From assembly GCA_964652615.1 (NCBI GenBank), contig CAZZAT010000001.1, positions 8,070 through 72,069 on the forward strand: a DNA stretch of 64,000 nt, read 5' to 3'. The stretch is from an uncultured Candidatus Saccharibacteria bacterium. Lineage in GTDB: Bacteria; Patescibacteriota; Minisyncoccia; Phycocordibacterales; Phycocordibacteraceae. Each line of letters starts with the position of its first letter. Within the stretch, counting starts at the first letter, position 1. Under the pieces are notes generated by a model. The model searched no databases and was not told the origin of the DNA. It saw only the letters and a list, made by a program, of their open reading frames with translations. Position numbers and translations under genes: made by a program. This document shows, piece after piece, positions 47,913-57,000 of the stretch.

Positions 47913-48458
47913 CTAGGGAGCGGTGAAGAGAATGGAATAATGGTGCGCACCGCCTCGAAAGCCTTTCGCTTTATGGAAACCTGCTCCGATGAAGAGTTCT
48001 TCCGCTGCATGCTCGGAAACAATACGTGCTTCTGAAGGACCTATGCCGCCATAGCAGCCAGCCCAATCAACAACGAGAAGCTTGCCTCCTGAACGCAGCA
48101 CGCGGCGTATCTCATCTATCATTTCCTTCTTACGTTCAATCTGAAACAGAGTGTTTGAGAGAATGACTGCATCAAGAGACTGTTCTTTTAAGGCTGTGCC
48201 TCCGAGCTTTTCAAGATCTCCCCATATCGTCTCAACGTTTTTGAGGCGCAGGTGATGCGCTTCTGCTTTCAGTCTTGTGAGCACGTCTTCTTGCACATCA
48301 ACCGCATATACTCTCCCCTTCTCTCCCACTATCTTTGCAGCTGCAAAAGCATAGTGGCCAGATCCGGCTCCGAAGTCCCCAACCTTCATACCTTCTGCAA
48401 GACCCATTTGAAGAACATTGTCCTGCGGGCTACAGAACCCAGCGGTAGCTTTATTCAT
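47913..48458 (-). CDS. Class I SAM-dependent methyltransferase
   Basis: Motif I VGDFGAGSGHY; acidic motif II VYAVDVQ; post II ILSNTLF. Confidence 0.7.
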   Translation of the reverse strand: MNKATAGFCSPQDNVLQMGLAEGMKVGDFGAGSGHYAFAAAKIVGEKGRVYAVDVQEDVLTRLKAEAHHLRLKNVETIWGDLEKLGGTALKEQSLDAVILSNTLFQIERKKEMIDEIRRVLRSGGKLLVVDWAGCYGGIGPSEARIVSEHAAEELFIGAGFHKAKGFRGGAHHYSILFTAP

Positions 48459-48549
48459 ATGAGTAAAATAGCACGGCGTTCTATAGGCAGTGGTTTGTTA
48501 TCGACATACGCAAACATGGCTTTGAAAGCTTTGACCACAAGGAGTCTCT

Positions 48550-48577
48550 TGCTGGCTGTCTGGGACGATGTTAGAAC
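48550..48577 (+). promoter_or_regulatory. Copy c of recurrent motif (GCTGGCTGTCTGGGACGATGTTAGAACC)
   Basis: About 20-30 nt upstream of the candidate ncRNA. Followed by the perfect hairpin GGGCGGAGTGG-CATAG-CCACTCCGCCC at 48607-48633. Confidence 0.45.
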
Positions 48578-48589
48578 CTTTCTAACTTC

Positions 48590-49035
48590 GGAACCAAAAG
48601 CAGCGGGCGGAGTGGCATAGCCACTCCGCCCTTCCGGCTACAGCTCGGTGTCAATTCCGCGCTTGCCGTTGCCGTACCTTGCTATAGGAACCTCTCTGGT
48701 ATGGAACATTTTTGACAAAGAATCGTGTTGGAGTAGACTCGCCTTCGGTGGTTTAGGCAAACGTTTGTGGTCTGCCGAGGGTTTGACTCCCTCAATGGCC
48801 GTTGTTTTTGGAAGACGGAGACAATCGGGAGTTCGATTCTCCTGAGACGGACTGATAGCTCATCCAGCGTCGCGCAGCCCTGTGCGCCTCACGGCGCACA
48901 TACTAGGTGGGAGACGAAAGTCGCCAATGAGACACCACTCGCGCTGGAAACAAGACTCGGGAGCCTTCGGGTGTGACGGGTCGTCGTAGGTCGCTTAAAC
49001 CACCACCTCGCCACCTCATGATATGAGGTGGTTTT
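48590..49035 (+). ncRNA. Candidate structured non-coding RNA of unknown class (~430 nt)
   Basis: A 680 bp gap with no credible ORF. Bounded by motif copy c upstream and an intrinsic terminator at 49011-49040. Contains a tRNA T-arm-like element GGGAG-UUCGAUU-CUCCU (48829-48846), a cUUCGg tetraloop, and several GC-rich helices. Confidence 0.35.
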
Positions 49036-49040
49036 TGTTT
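49011..49040 (+). terminator. Intrinsic terminator (CCACCTCAT-GATA-ATGAGGTGG then TTTTTGTTT)
   Basis: Perfect 9 bp stem followed by a T-run on the + strand only. Confidence 0.65.
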
Positions 49041-49058
49041 GCATACGATAGTTAGCAA

Positions 49059-49086
49059 GCTGGCTGCCTGGGACGCTGTTGGAACC
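49059..49086 (+). promoter_or_regulatory. Copy d of recurrent motif (GCTGGCTGCCTGGGACGCTGTTGGAACC)
   Basis: About 55 nt upstream of the ATG at 49140; followed by TTTTCACTACATATGCTAGGCT. Confidence 0.45.
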
Positions 49087-49139
49087 TTTTCACTACATAT
49101 GCTAGGCTCTGTCCAGGACAGTAGATGGAGTGAATAGTC

Positions 49140-49538
49140 ATGTCCCTTGATAGAACTGCTGCTTTTCGAGCGAAGGTTGTCTCGGCAAAGGAAAAAGAAG
49201 CGGAGGAGCGTAATGCTCAGGAAGCAGCTAGGGATGCGGAACTCGAACAACTACGAGCCCAGCATCCCGAAGTCGTCGCCCTTTTAAAAAGCGACGACGG
49301 GTGGTTCTGGCCACGCCCCCATGAACCTCTCCCGGAGAAAAAGGCTCCTGCAGGATGCTTCTTTCTCCTCGGAGGCTGGTACGATAATCAAGATGGTCGT
49401 GGTTCTGGCAGAACCTTCTGGAAGCTCAAAGTCGTTGATGCTTCCGTTCGCGAAGTCATCGATAAGATAATAAAGCTTGAGAATACTGGCATGACCAGAA
49501 CAACAGATGACATCTCGAAAGTCAGATTCTTCGGTTAG
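49140..49538 (+). CDS. Hypothetical protein (132 aa), N-terminal K/E/A-rich helix
   Basis: ORF downstream of motif copy d; no motif recognised. Confidence 0.45.
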   Translation: MSLDRTAAFRAKVVSAKEKEAEERNAQEAARDAELEQLRAQHPEVVALLKSDDGWFWPRPHEPLPEKKAPAGCFFLLGGWYDNQDGRGSGRTFWKLKVVDASVREVIDKIIKLENTGMTRTTDDISKVRFFG

Positions 49539-49597
49539 TTCGTCATCCCATCCTTACCTTAGAGAAAGCTGGAATTGTTTCCGGCTTTCATTTTATG

Positions 49598-49624
49598 CTG
49601 GCTGTCTGGGACGATTATGGAACA
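49598..49624 (+). promoter_or_regulatory. Copy e of recurrent motif (GCTGGCTGTCTGGGACGATTATGGAAC)
   Basis: Overlaps the stop codon region of the minus-strand HEPN-like gene. It is oriented so that a transcript from it would be antisense to that gene. Confidence 0.4.
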
Positions 49625-50133
49625 TCTTTATCTACGGATTTGGAGCGTAGTTCTGCAATACTTTGAGCTAGCACCTCGTCGGTAATTCCGTACTTCATTC
49701 GCACAGGTTTGAAGAGTTCCTCAAGTAGCGAGTCAGCATAGCGGAATATCTCTGTTATTTCGTCTAACTCGGCAATCATTCTTGCCCTTCCTTCCGATGA
49801 ATTAAAGTAAATGACTCTGTCTCGGAAATAGTGGTGTATAAGCCAATTCCGTTTTTCAAGCGCATAAGATAGGGATTCAGATAGATTTGGCGGTATGGCA
49901 GTTATGTCTTCCAGTATGGAAATCATCTTTCCTAAAGTACGTTTAGATTGTTCTTCCGTATAAGAATCAAAAAGTGCTTCCCATTCTTTTGTTTCTAGAT
50001 TTCCACGCTTTTTCGGTAATAAGTCTAGATAGATAAGCGCACCTATTAACTCTTGTTCAAGGCATTGAGCACCATAAGCAGCGAGACCGAATCTTGCATA
50101 TACCTCTCTGACCTCCTCTTCTTCGGGAGACAT
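49615..50133 (-). CDS. HEPN-motif protein (172 aa), putative
   Basis: All-helical ORF containing EKRNWLIHHYF, which fits the HEPN Rx4-6H motif (R-N-W-L-I-H). No partner nucleotidyltransferase gene is visible. Confidence 0.4.
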   Translation of the reverse strand: MSPEEEEVREVYARFGLAAYGAQCLEQELIGALIYLDLLPKKRGNLETKEWEALFDSYTEEQSKRTLGKMISILEDITAIPPNLSESLSYALEKRNWLIHHYFRDRVIYFNSSEGRARMIAELDEITEIFRYADSLLEELFKPVRMKYGITDEVLAQSIAELRSKSVDKDVP

Positions 50134-50162
50134 AAAAATTTCCCACCTCCTAGGATTTAACC

Positions 50163-52631
50163 CTACAGCGCCACCATCGATGCAATGCTATCTCCTTCGC
50201 GCATCTTCATGATGCGAACTCCTTGCGTAGCTCTTGAGAGCGATGGAATTTCTCCGGTTGAGGTGCGGATAACCTGCCCTTTCTTTGAAATGACGACGAT
50301 TTCTTCCGTCTCTTCTTCTTTACCGATAAGGACTTTGGCACCGATGATTTCTCCGGTCTTTGCGGTTACTTCAGCAGTCTTTATGCCAGAACCACCTCTT
50401 CCCTGTACTTTGTATTCTGAAAGCTCGGTCTTTTTGCCGTAGCCCTTGCTCATGATGACGAGCAAAGCACCGTCCTTTGCGGAAGCCGGTACTACTTCTG
50501 CAGATACGACGCTGTCGCCTTTTTTCACCGTCATGCCGCGCACGCCTCCCGCAGTGCGGCCCATGGCGCGCACATCTCCCTCATCAAAGCGAATCGACTG
50601 ACCCTTTTCGGTGACGATAGAAACACTGTCGCCTTCTTGTGAAAGGTGCGCAGACACAAGCTTGTCCTTGCCTTTCAAAGAAATTGCGATGATGCCTGAG
50701 CGGCGCACGTCTGCAAAGTTCTTTGCTTCCACTTTCTTTACGACACCCTCTGCGGTAACGAAGAAGACCGAGGTTGCGGCAAGTTCTGCGCCTTTAGGCA
50801 CTGCCAAGACGCTCGTTACTTTCTCTTCGCCTGCAAGCGGCAGGAAGTTCATGATGCTCTTTCCTTTGGTTGCACGCTTTCCTTCTGGTATCTCGTACAT
50901 CTTTGTCTGGTATGCCTTACCAAAATCAGTAAAGAAGAGAAGGTTGTCATGCGATGAAGCTGCAAGGAAGTGCGTTACGACATCTTCTTCCTTTGTCGAC
51001 ATATCGATAACGCCCACGCCTCCACGCTTTTGCGCTTTATATTCTGAAGGGTTGGTGCGCTTTACATAGCCGCCTGCCGTAATCACAAGGACGCTCTCCT
51101 CGTCAGGTACAAGGTCTTCGATTGAAATATTCTTCACGCCGCCTTTCACTATTTTTGTTCGACGGTCATCTCCGTATTTTTCAGAAAGCTCGTTCAACTC
51201 GTCTTTGACGACGGCAAGGATGTTCTTTGCAGAGGAGAGAATCTTCTTAAGCTTCTCGATGAGTTTCTGAATTTCGCTAAGCTCATCTTCAATTTTCTTG
51301 CGTTCAAGGCCTGCAAGAGTTTGAAGGCGCATCGCAAGAATAGCTGCGGTTTGGCGCTCGGAGAACTTAAACTTCTTCTGGAGCTCAAGATCTGCGGTTG
51401 GTACATCTTTTGCCTTCTTGATGATAGCGATGACCTCATCGATATGGTCGAGCGCTTTTGAAAGGCCGAGCAAGATATGCTCGCGCTCTTCTGCTTTTCG
51501 CAGATCGTATTCGGTTCGCTTCTTAACCACATCACGACGGTGCGCGACAAAACTCTCTAGGATACCCTTCAAAGAAAGGGTCTCTGGTACGCCATCAACC
51601 AGCGCGAGCATGTTGTAGTGGAAGGTGCTTTCAAGCTCGGTGTGCTTGTAGAGTGCATTCAAGACTGCTTGTGGGTGCGCGGTTCCTTTGAGTTCAACGA
51701 CGACGCGTATGTCTTCAGCAGATTCATCGCGAAGATCTTTAATGCCTTCAAGACGCTTGTCGCGCACCAAGTCTGCAATCTTTTCTATCAAGGTGGCTTT
51801 GTTCGCGCGAAATGGAATCGAGGTGATGATTATCGAAGATCCCTTCTTATCCTCCACAATTTCCGCAACGCCTCTACATACCACACCACCCTTGCCGGAA
51901 GCGTATGCGTGCTTAATGTCTGCTTGATTGAACGCAATGCCGCCAAGCGGAAAGTCAGGGCCCTTCACGAACTCAAGGAGGTCTTCGGTTGTTGCTTCCT
52001 CATTATCAATAAGGTGGATCGTTGCGGCGACTACCTCGCGCAAGTTGTGCGGAGGAATGTTGGTCGCCATACCAACCGCAATGCCGAGCGTACCGTTTAA
52101 AAGAAGGTTCGGTGCTGCGGCGGGCATTACTCTTGGTTCCTTGAGAGTGCCGTCATAGTTTGGATTCCAATCAACCGTTTCTTTTTCAAGATCGGTAAGC
52201 ATGGATGCTCCGATGCGCGACATCTTTGCTTCGGTATAGCGCATAGCTGCAGGCGGGTCACCATCAACTGAACCGAAGTTTCCCTGCCCTATGACAAGCG
52301 GGTAGCGCGTGGTGAAGTCTTGCGCGAGCTTAACCATAGCGTCATACACTGCAACGTCGCCGTGCGGATGGTACTTACCGAGCACCTCGCCCACTACCGT
52401 TGCAGACTTCTTGGTCTTTGAAGCAGGACCAAGACCTATCTCCCCCATCGCGTAGAGGATGCGGCGATGCACTGGCTTCATGCCGTCTCGCACATCTGGG
52501 AGCGCACGATCGGTAATAACCGACATGGCATAGTCGATAAACGAAGTGCGCATCTCATCCGTAATGGACTGCGCAATGACATTTGCAGCCGTCTGCGGCA
52601 CTACTTCTGCTTCCGGTTCCTTCTTTGCCAT
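50163..52631 (-). CDS. gyrA: DNA gyrase subunit A
   Basis: N-terminal ...[32 protein letters not shown], active-site Tyr region, and C-terminal beta-pinwheel repeats. Confidence 0.9.
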   Translation of the reverse strand: MAKKEPEAEVVPQTAANVIAQSITDEMRTSFIDYAMSVITDRALPDVRDGMKPVHRRILYAMGEIGLGPASKTKKSATVVGEVLGKYHPHGDVAVYDAMVKLAQDFTTRYPLVIGQGNFGSVDGDPPAAMRYTEAKMSRIGASMLTDLEKETVDWNPNYDGTLKEPRVMPAAAPNLLLNGTLGIAVGMATNIPPHNLREVVAATIHLIDNEEATTEDLLEFVKGPDFPLGGIAFNQADIKHAYASGKGGVVCRGVAEIVEDKKGSSIIITSIPFRANKATLIEKIADLVRDKRLEGIKDLRDESAEDIRVVVELKGTAHPQAVLNALYKHTELESTFHYNMLALVDGVPETLSLKGILESFVAHRRDVVKKRTEYDLRKAEEREHILLGLSKALDHIDEVIAIIKKAKDVPTADLELQKKFKFSERQTAAILAMRLQTLAGLERKKIEDELSEIQKLIEKLKKILSSAKNILAVVKDELNELSEKYGDDRRTKIVKGGVKNISIEDLVPDEESVLVITAGGYVKRTNPSEYKAQKRGGVGVIDMSTKEEDVVTHFLAASSHDNLLFFTDFGKAYQTKMYEIPEGKRATKGKSIMNFLPLAGEEKVTSVLAVPKGAELAATSVFFVTAEGVVKKVEAKNFADVRRSGIIAISLKGKDKLVSAHLSQEGDSVSIVTEKGQSIRFDEGDVRAMGRTAGGVRGMTVKKGDSVVSAEVVPASAKDGALLVIMSKGYGKKTELSEYKVQGRGGSGIKTAEVTAKTGEIIGAKVLIGKEEETEEIVVISKKGQVIRTSTGEIPSLSRATQGVRIMKMREGDSIASMVAL

Positions 52632-52634
52632 GAT

Positions 52635-52967
52635 TTAGAACGGTATAACAGTTGCTTCTCCTGGATCTTCTTGATCAAGCGTTGATGACGCTTTGGTCTC
52701 AACTGCGGAAAGCGTACCTTCGCCTGAAACAACTGAAGAGAATGATGCTGCTGCCCCCGCAAGGCTTCTGTTGATTTCTTGCACCGAACCAAAATCAGGC
52801 TCTGCAGTTTGTGTGTTATTCAAAGCAAGCGTGCCTGATGTCGTGAGAACGACCGCCCAGCCCACAAGGACGAGGCCTGCAACCCCTCCAGCTGAAAGGA
52901 GCGCGACTCTGCGGCGCACATGCTCCGGCTTTGCTTTCAAATGCTCGATGCGGTCGCGTATACTCAT
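52635..52967 (-). CDS. Membrane-anchored hypothetical protein (110 aa)
   Basis: Single N-terminal TM, Ser/Thr/Ala-rich. Confidence 0.4.
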   Translation of the reverse strand: MSIRDRIEHLKAKPEHVRRRVALLSAGGVAGLVLVGWAVVLTTSGTLALNNTQTAEPDFGSVQEINRSLAGAAASFSSVVSGEGTLSAVETKASSTLDQEDPGEATVIPF

Positions 52968-53605
52968 GGTGTTATCACCATTATATCACCATCCTTGTCA
53001 AGCGCATCCTTCTTCTTCAGGGTGAGTTTATCTGTTTTCTGGCTCTGACCTCCCTCCTCCTTTATATATGCCTCGAGCGCTTTGGGTTCGCCCATGCCGG
53101 ACCAGTGCATCGGGATGATGATTTTTGGTTCAAGCATCGTTGCAAGCTTTGCAGCAGCAGACGCATCAAGCACACCCTCGTCTCCGACAGGAAGAAAGAG
53201 TATGTCTATCTCATCAATGCCTTCTTTTGCTTCTGAAGGGAGTACCGGCTCTGAAAGCGCGCCAAGATGCACCAGCGTCATACCTTCAAGCTTTACCGCA
53301 TAGATGGTGTTCGTTGCATCAGACGCACCTTTAGAAAGGCCGTACGAACTCTTGGTTAAGAACCCTTGCACGGTGATGCCCTTGTATTCATATTCGCCAG
53401 GACCTGTGATGGCAAAGGGTACTTTCTCACCATACGTTACTTCTTCGATGCCATTCATATTTGGATGGTTTCTCGACACAAGCGCGATGTCTGCACCAAA
53501 GCGAACTGAGGGGAGCGTTCCTCCTTTTGCTATTGGATCGAAGACGAGCGTAAGGTCGCCAAACGTTACCTTAAAGCACTGCCCGCCGTGGTGGGTGATG
53601 ACCAT
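52964..53605 (-). CDS. MBL-fold metal-dependent hydrolase (UPF0173-like)
   Basis: MVITHHGGQCF...DIALVSRNHPNMNG...IIPMHW gives a beta-lactamase-fold His cluster pattern. Start at the internal M (53605); the upstream 42 aa are doubtful. Confidence 0.55.
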   Translation of the reverse strand: MVITHHGGQCFKVTFGDLTLVFDPIAKGGTLPSVRFGADIALVSRNHPNMNGIEEVTYGEKVPFAITGPGEYEYKGITVQGFLTKSSYGLSKGASDATNTIYAVKLEGMTLVHLGALSEPVLPSEAKEGIDEIDILFLPVGDEGVLDASAAAKLATMLEPKIIIPMHWSGMGEPKALEAYIKEEGGQSQKTDKLTLKKKDALDKDGDIMVITP

Positions 53606-54027
53606 AGATACTCCGTATTCTAGCAAAAAAGCGCCTTTAACACTATCCCCTTGCACGCATCTATAGAGGTGCGAAAATGCGTGGAGCAGCGACTTGATGT
53701 GAAAGCTCGGTTGCTGTAGGAGTCTGCGCATGACCGCTTTCTCCGCTTCGCCTTAAAGCCATCATCTCCGCTGGAGAAGTTTGATGCCACTTAGGTTTGA
53801 AGTTCGGGCAGTGGGCCCGCCGTATGAAGCCCTTTGGGACCTCGCGCAGCCGCACATCGGAGGCGAAGACATCTGAAAGGGGGTGACGACGGTCTTCTGG
53901 TAACAGGAGCCACGCTGGGCGGCGTCGTGAGGCTTCGAGACTTCACGACTGCCGCCCAGCTTTCTCTTTATATACGGACACGTTTTGGTGTATTGACAAG
54001 TTTTAGGGGGTATGGTAGCTTTGTCCC

Positions 54028-54540
54028 TGACACCCGAAAGGGGTCCCTGTCTGCCCGAGGCCAGCAAAGGCCGGAGGAAGACCAGACAGGTTTTGATGGG
54101 AGAAAACGTATGCGTCAGGAATTGCCGCCGTGAGTGTGATGCGCCTCTCGCAAGAGAAGCTCATTAACTTTCATAAATCCGTCGGCTTCGTCGACATCCA
54201 AACCGCACGCGGCGCCGGCGCCTCGATCTGATCGGGCGCGCGAGCAACGCGAAGTCCCTGCAAGGACGGCTATGACCCATCCATCAAAAGTACCCCGAGG
54301 CTAGCGCAGCCTTTATATCTCAAAAGCGCAGGACCCCCCGGCTGAAAGGCTGGGGGGTTTCGCTTATGCTACTCTTCGAATACCGACTCATGTGAGTCGC
54401 AAACAGGGAGCGCGTCATGCGTAGACTTGACAAAGATGATGTTGGCCGCGAAGTGTGGCCGATCCAAGATCCCCCGCCCCGCTGGTAACTGGGTGCGGGA
54501 AAGTAGAGGGGCGGGAGCATAGGCTCCCGCCCTTTTCTAT
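54028..54540 (+). ncRNA. Candidate structured RNA(s) or long leader in the 900 bp non-coding region upstream of rpsA
   Basis: No credible ORF across 53732-54665. Perfect -35 TTGACA at 53993-53998, with TAGCTT 17 nt downstream. Hairpin CCCCCCGGC-UGAAAG-GCUGGGGGG plus UUU at 54334-54360; strong terminator at 54508-54540. Confidence 0.3.
54508..54540 (+). terminator. Intrinsic terminator (GGGGCGGGAGC-ATAG-GCTCCCGCCC then TTTTCTATTCT)
   Basis: 10 bp perfect GC-rich stem plus T-run, 125 nt upstream of the rpsA ATG. Confidence 0.6.
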
Positions 54541-54665
54541 TCTCCCCTTCTCTGGTATAGTCCTGCCTGTAGCGTTGTGCGGCCGTACGGCAGAATAACC
54601 CTCGATTTCTGGCTGTTGCCAATAAGGGAATCGATACCTGCCAGAATCCCGCTTCGTTTTAAATA

Positions 54666-55799
54666 ATGTCTGAAGAAACCGCAGTAGCTGCGGCTCCAAA
54701 AGTGGAGCCCGTTACTATCGAACTCGATCCTTCCCACCCGATGGCAGGAATGATTGATGACATAGCAACTCCGCCAAAAGCCGGAGATCTTGTTGATGGC
54801 ACCATCATTGAGCTTGTGCGCGGACGCCTCTATGTCGATCTTCCCCCATGGGGCACCGGCATCATCTACGGACGCGAATACCTAAACGCCGCAGACGTGC
54901 TTCGCAAAGCAAACCCAGGTGACCAGATCTCTGCAAAGGTTGTTGAGACTTCTGGCATTGAGGGGTACATCGAGCTTTCTTTGAAGGAAGCACGCCAAGC
55001 AGCTATTTGGGGCGAGGCGGAAACCGCTATCCTCTCTGAGACCCTCTATAGCGCAACGGTTGAGGAAGCTAATAAAGGCGGCCTCATCCTTTCGTGGCAG
55101 GGCATTAAGGGCTTCCTTCCTGCAAGCCAGCTCTCGAAAGACAACTATCCGCGCGTTCCGGAAGGAGACAAGGATAAGATTCTCTTTGAACTTGAGAAGC
55201 TTGTCGGCAAGTCTATGCAGGTGCGCATCATCACTGCAGACCCGAAAGAAGGAAAGCTTATCTTCTCTGAAAAGACAGGAACCGAGACTGAAGACAAGAC
55301 CTCCCTTATCGACAAGTACCATGTGGGTGATGTTGTCGAGGGCGAGATTACGGGCGCTGTAGACTTTGGCGTCTTCGTGAAGCTCGAGCAGGGCCTTGAA
55401 GGCCTCGTGCACATCAGCGAGCTTGATTGGGGTCTTGTTGAAGATCCGCGCGCCCTCTTTAAGGTAGGCGACAAGACGCAGGTGAAGGTTATTGAAATAA
55501 AGGACGGCAAGATATCGCTCTCGGTAAAGGCTTTGAAGGAGAATCCTTGGAAGGCCGCAGCAGAAGCGTATAAGAAGGGCATGGAAGTGCAGGGCGTTGT
55601 CATCAAGTACAACAAGCACGGCGCGCTTGCCTCTATCGAAGAAGGCGTCGCAGGTCTCGTGCACGTATCAGAGTTCGCTTCTCCACAGGAGCTTCGCGAT
55701 ACGCTCGAGCTTGGCAAGACGTATCAGTTCTCGATAAAGGTCTTCGAACCGAAAGAGCAGCGTATGACGCTTGCCTTTTCTGGAAGCCAGAAGAAGTAA
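54666..55799 (+). CDS. rpsA: 30S ribosomal protein S1 (four S1 domains)
   Basis: Repeated S1 OB-fold pattern (GDLVDGTIIELV; GDVVEGEITGAVDFGVFVKL; GLVHISEL; GMEVQGVVIKYNKHGALASI). Confidence 0.85.
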   Translation: MSEETAVAAAPKVEPVTIELDPSHPMAGMIDDIATPPKAGDLVDGTIIELVRGRLYVDLPPWGTGIIYGREYLNAADVLRKANPGDQISAKVVETSGIEGYIELSLKEARQAAIWGEAETAILSETLYSATVEEANKGGLILSWQGIKGFLPASQLSKDNYPRVPEGDKDKILFELEKLVGKSMQVRIITADPKEGKLIFSEKTGTETEDKTSLIDKYHVGDVVEGEITGAVDFGVFVKLEQGLEGLVHISELDWGLVEDPRALFKVGDKTQVKVIEIKDGKISLSVKALKENPWKAAAEAYKKGMEVQGVVIKYNKHGALASIEEGVAGLVHVSEFASPQELRDTLELGKTYQFSIKVFEPKEQRMTLAFSGSQKK

Positions 55800-55841
55800 G
55801 GAAAAAGAAAAACCGCTCCCTTCTCGGGAGCGGTTTTTCTT

Positions 55842-56609
55842 TTATTTCTCTTTGAAAAACTTCTCAATATGCTTCCAAATCTTCGGGACTGATGCTGACG
55901 ATACGCCCATATGCTCGTCGCCTGAAAGCTCCACGTAACGGGCGCCGGTATCTTTTGCAAATTGTTTTGCGGGAGCCGCATGCACCACGCGGTCTCCTTT
56001 AGCATGTATGAGAAGAAGCTTCTTGCCGTCGATGCTGTCTTTTGCGTGCACGGGGTTATAGAAATCCCCTGCTTCAAGGCGTTCAGGAATATGATCGCCT
56101 GGACGATACGCCTGTCCGAACGCTTTCGGAAGGTATTCGCCCATAAGTTCGAGAGGCTCAACGGTATGCTTTTGTTCGCGCCAATCCACCACACCTGAAA
56201 TCGACACTGCTTTTACGACGCGCGGGTTTCTCGAAGCAAGAATAGAAGCGGCTCCGCCAAAGGATCCGCCAATCAGATACACCTCGGGTTCGTGTATGAC
56301 GTACTCCCCTTCGCTCCAGAGATCGCGAAACCCTTTGTCGAGCTCGTTGATGATAAGTTCCACATCTTCTGAAGGCGGGTGCGCAAGAAACGCGCCGTCA
56401 CTCTCCCAGGTGCCGCGATATGACGGAATAATAGTGAAGAATCCTTTGCGCGTTAGAAAATGCATCAAATCGCGCTTGCCGAGCGGATAGCCTGGGCAAC
56501 CGGGCAAGAGTATCGCCACTTTGTTTGTGGCGCGCACTGCAGGCTGAAACTGGGCGACAATGTCGCCTGCAAAGCGCGTGCGGAAAATATCAAACCCAAC
56601 CATTTGCAT
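55842..56609 (-). CDS. Alpha/beta-hydrolase (dienelactone hydrolase / peptidase S9-like)
   Basis: Nucleophile elbow IGGSFGG, with downstream Asp and His (IHAKGD..V..., SGDEHMG) consistent with a Ser-Asp-His triad. Confidence 0.65.
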   Translation of the reverse strand: MQMVGFDIFRTRFAGDIVAQFQPAVRATNKVAILLPGCPGYPLGKRDLMHFLTRKGFFTIIPSYRGTWESDGAFLAHPPSEDVELIINELDKGFRDLWSEGEYVIHEPEVYLIGGSFGGAASILASRNPRVVKAVSISGVVDWREQKHTVEPLELMGEYLPKAFGQAYRPGDHIPERLEAGDFYNPVHAKDSIDGKKLLLIHAKGDRVVHAAPAKQFAKDTGARYVELSGDEHMGVSSASVPKIWKHIEKFFKEK

Positions 56610-56672
56610 ACAGTATGCATGAGGAGCGGATAAAGATAAAGCGCGCCGACAGTATGTCGGCGCGCTCTTCTC

Positions 56673-56993
56673 TTACCAGTGCCACTCGCGTGCGAGAAGC
56701 TCTTTGAATTCGTTCTCATCTTTTGAAGAGAACAACCTTCCGATGACGTCGCCCATGAGAAGAAGCTGTTCATCGCGGTCGCGCTGTCCCATGGTGTGCA
56801 TTGCGGTTGTTTCGAAATGCACGCGCGCCATGGTACGAGCAGCTTCGCGCAGAGTACTTTCGCTCATGAGTGCGCGATTATCTTCCCAGAAACAGAAGAG
56901 TTGCTTTCGCATAGAAAGGCAGCTCTGCCATTGTGCAGCTGAGACTTTTCCAGCTGCAGCGAGCGCAAGACGCATGCGTGTCGTTGCTCTCAT
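56673..56993 (-). CDS. Small helical hypothetical protein, tandem paralog A (106 aa, ends REWHW)
   Basis: Paralogous to the next gene. Confidence 0.4.
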   Translation of the reverse strand: MRATTRMRLALAAAGKVSAAQWQSCLSMRKQLFCFWEDNRALMSESTLREAARTMARVHFETTAMHTMGQRDRDEQLLLMGDVIGRLFSSKDENEFKELLAREWHW

Positions 56994-57000
56994 ATCACAC

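Noticed and set aside
48590-49035. Calling the candidate RNA a tmRNA (ssrA), including a permuted two-piece form
   Set aside because: A T-arm-like element is present. However, no complementary acceptor 5' strand (CCGUCUC) exists upstream or downstream, no CCA is encoded, and the only tag-like frame (ANETPLALETRLGSLRV) does not end in the usual hydrophobic AA/LAA. RNase P P4 consensus (AGGAAAGUCCGGGCUCC / ACAGAACCCGGCUUA) was also not found.
1243-49624. Reading the recurrent motif as a sigma-54 promoter (TGGCACG-N4-TTGC)
   Set aside because: TGGGACGATGTTGGA gives a TTGG/TTCG at the -12 position that is shifted by one and lacks the GC dinucleotide. No rpoN or bEBP gene is visible, and CPR genomes generally lack sigma-54. 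The motif is kept as unclassified.
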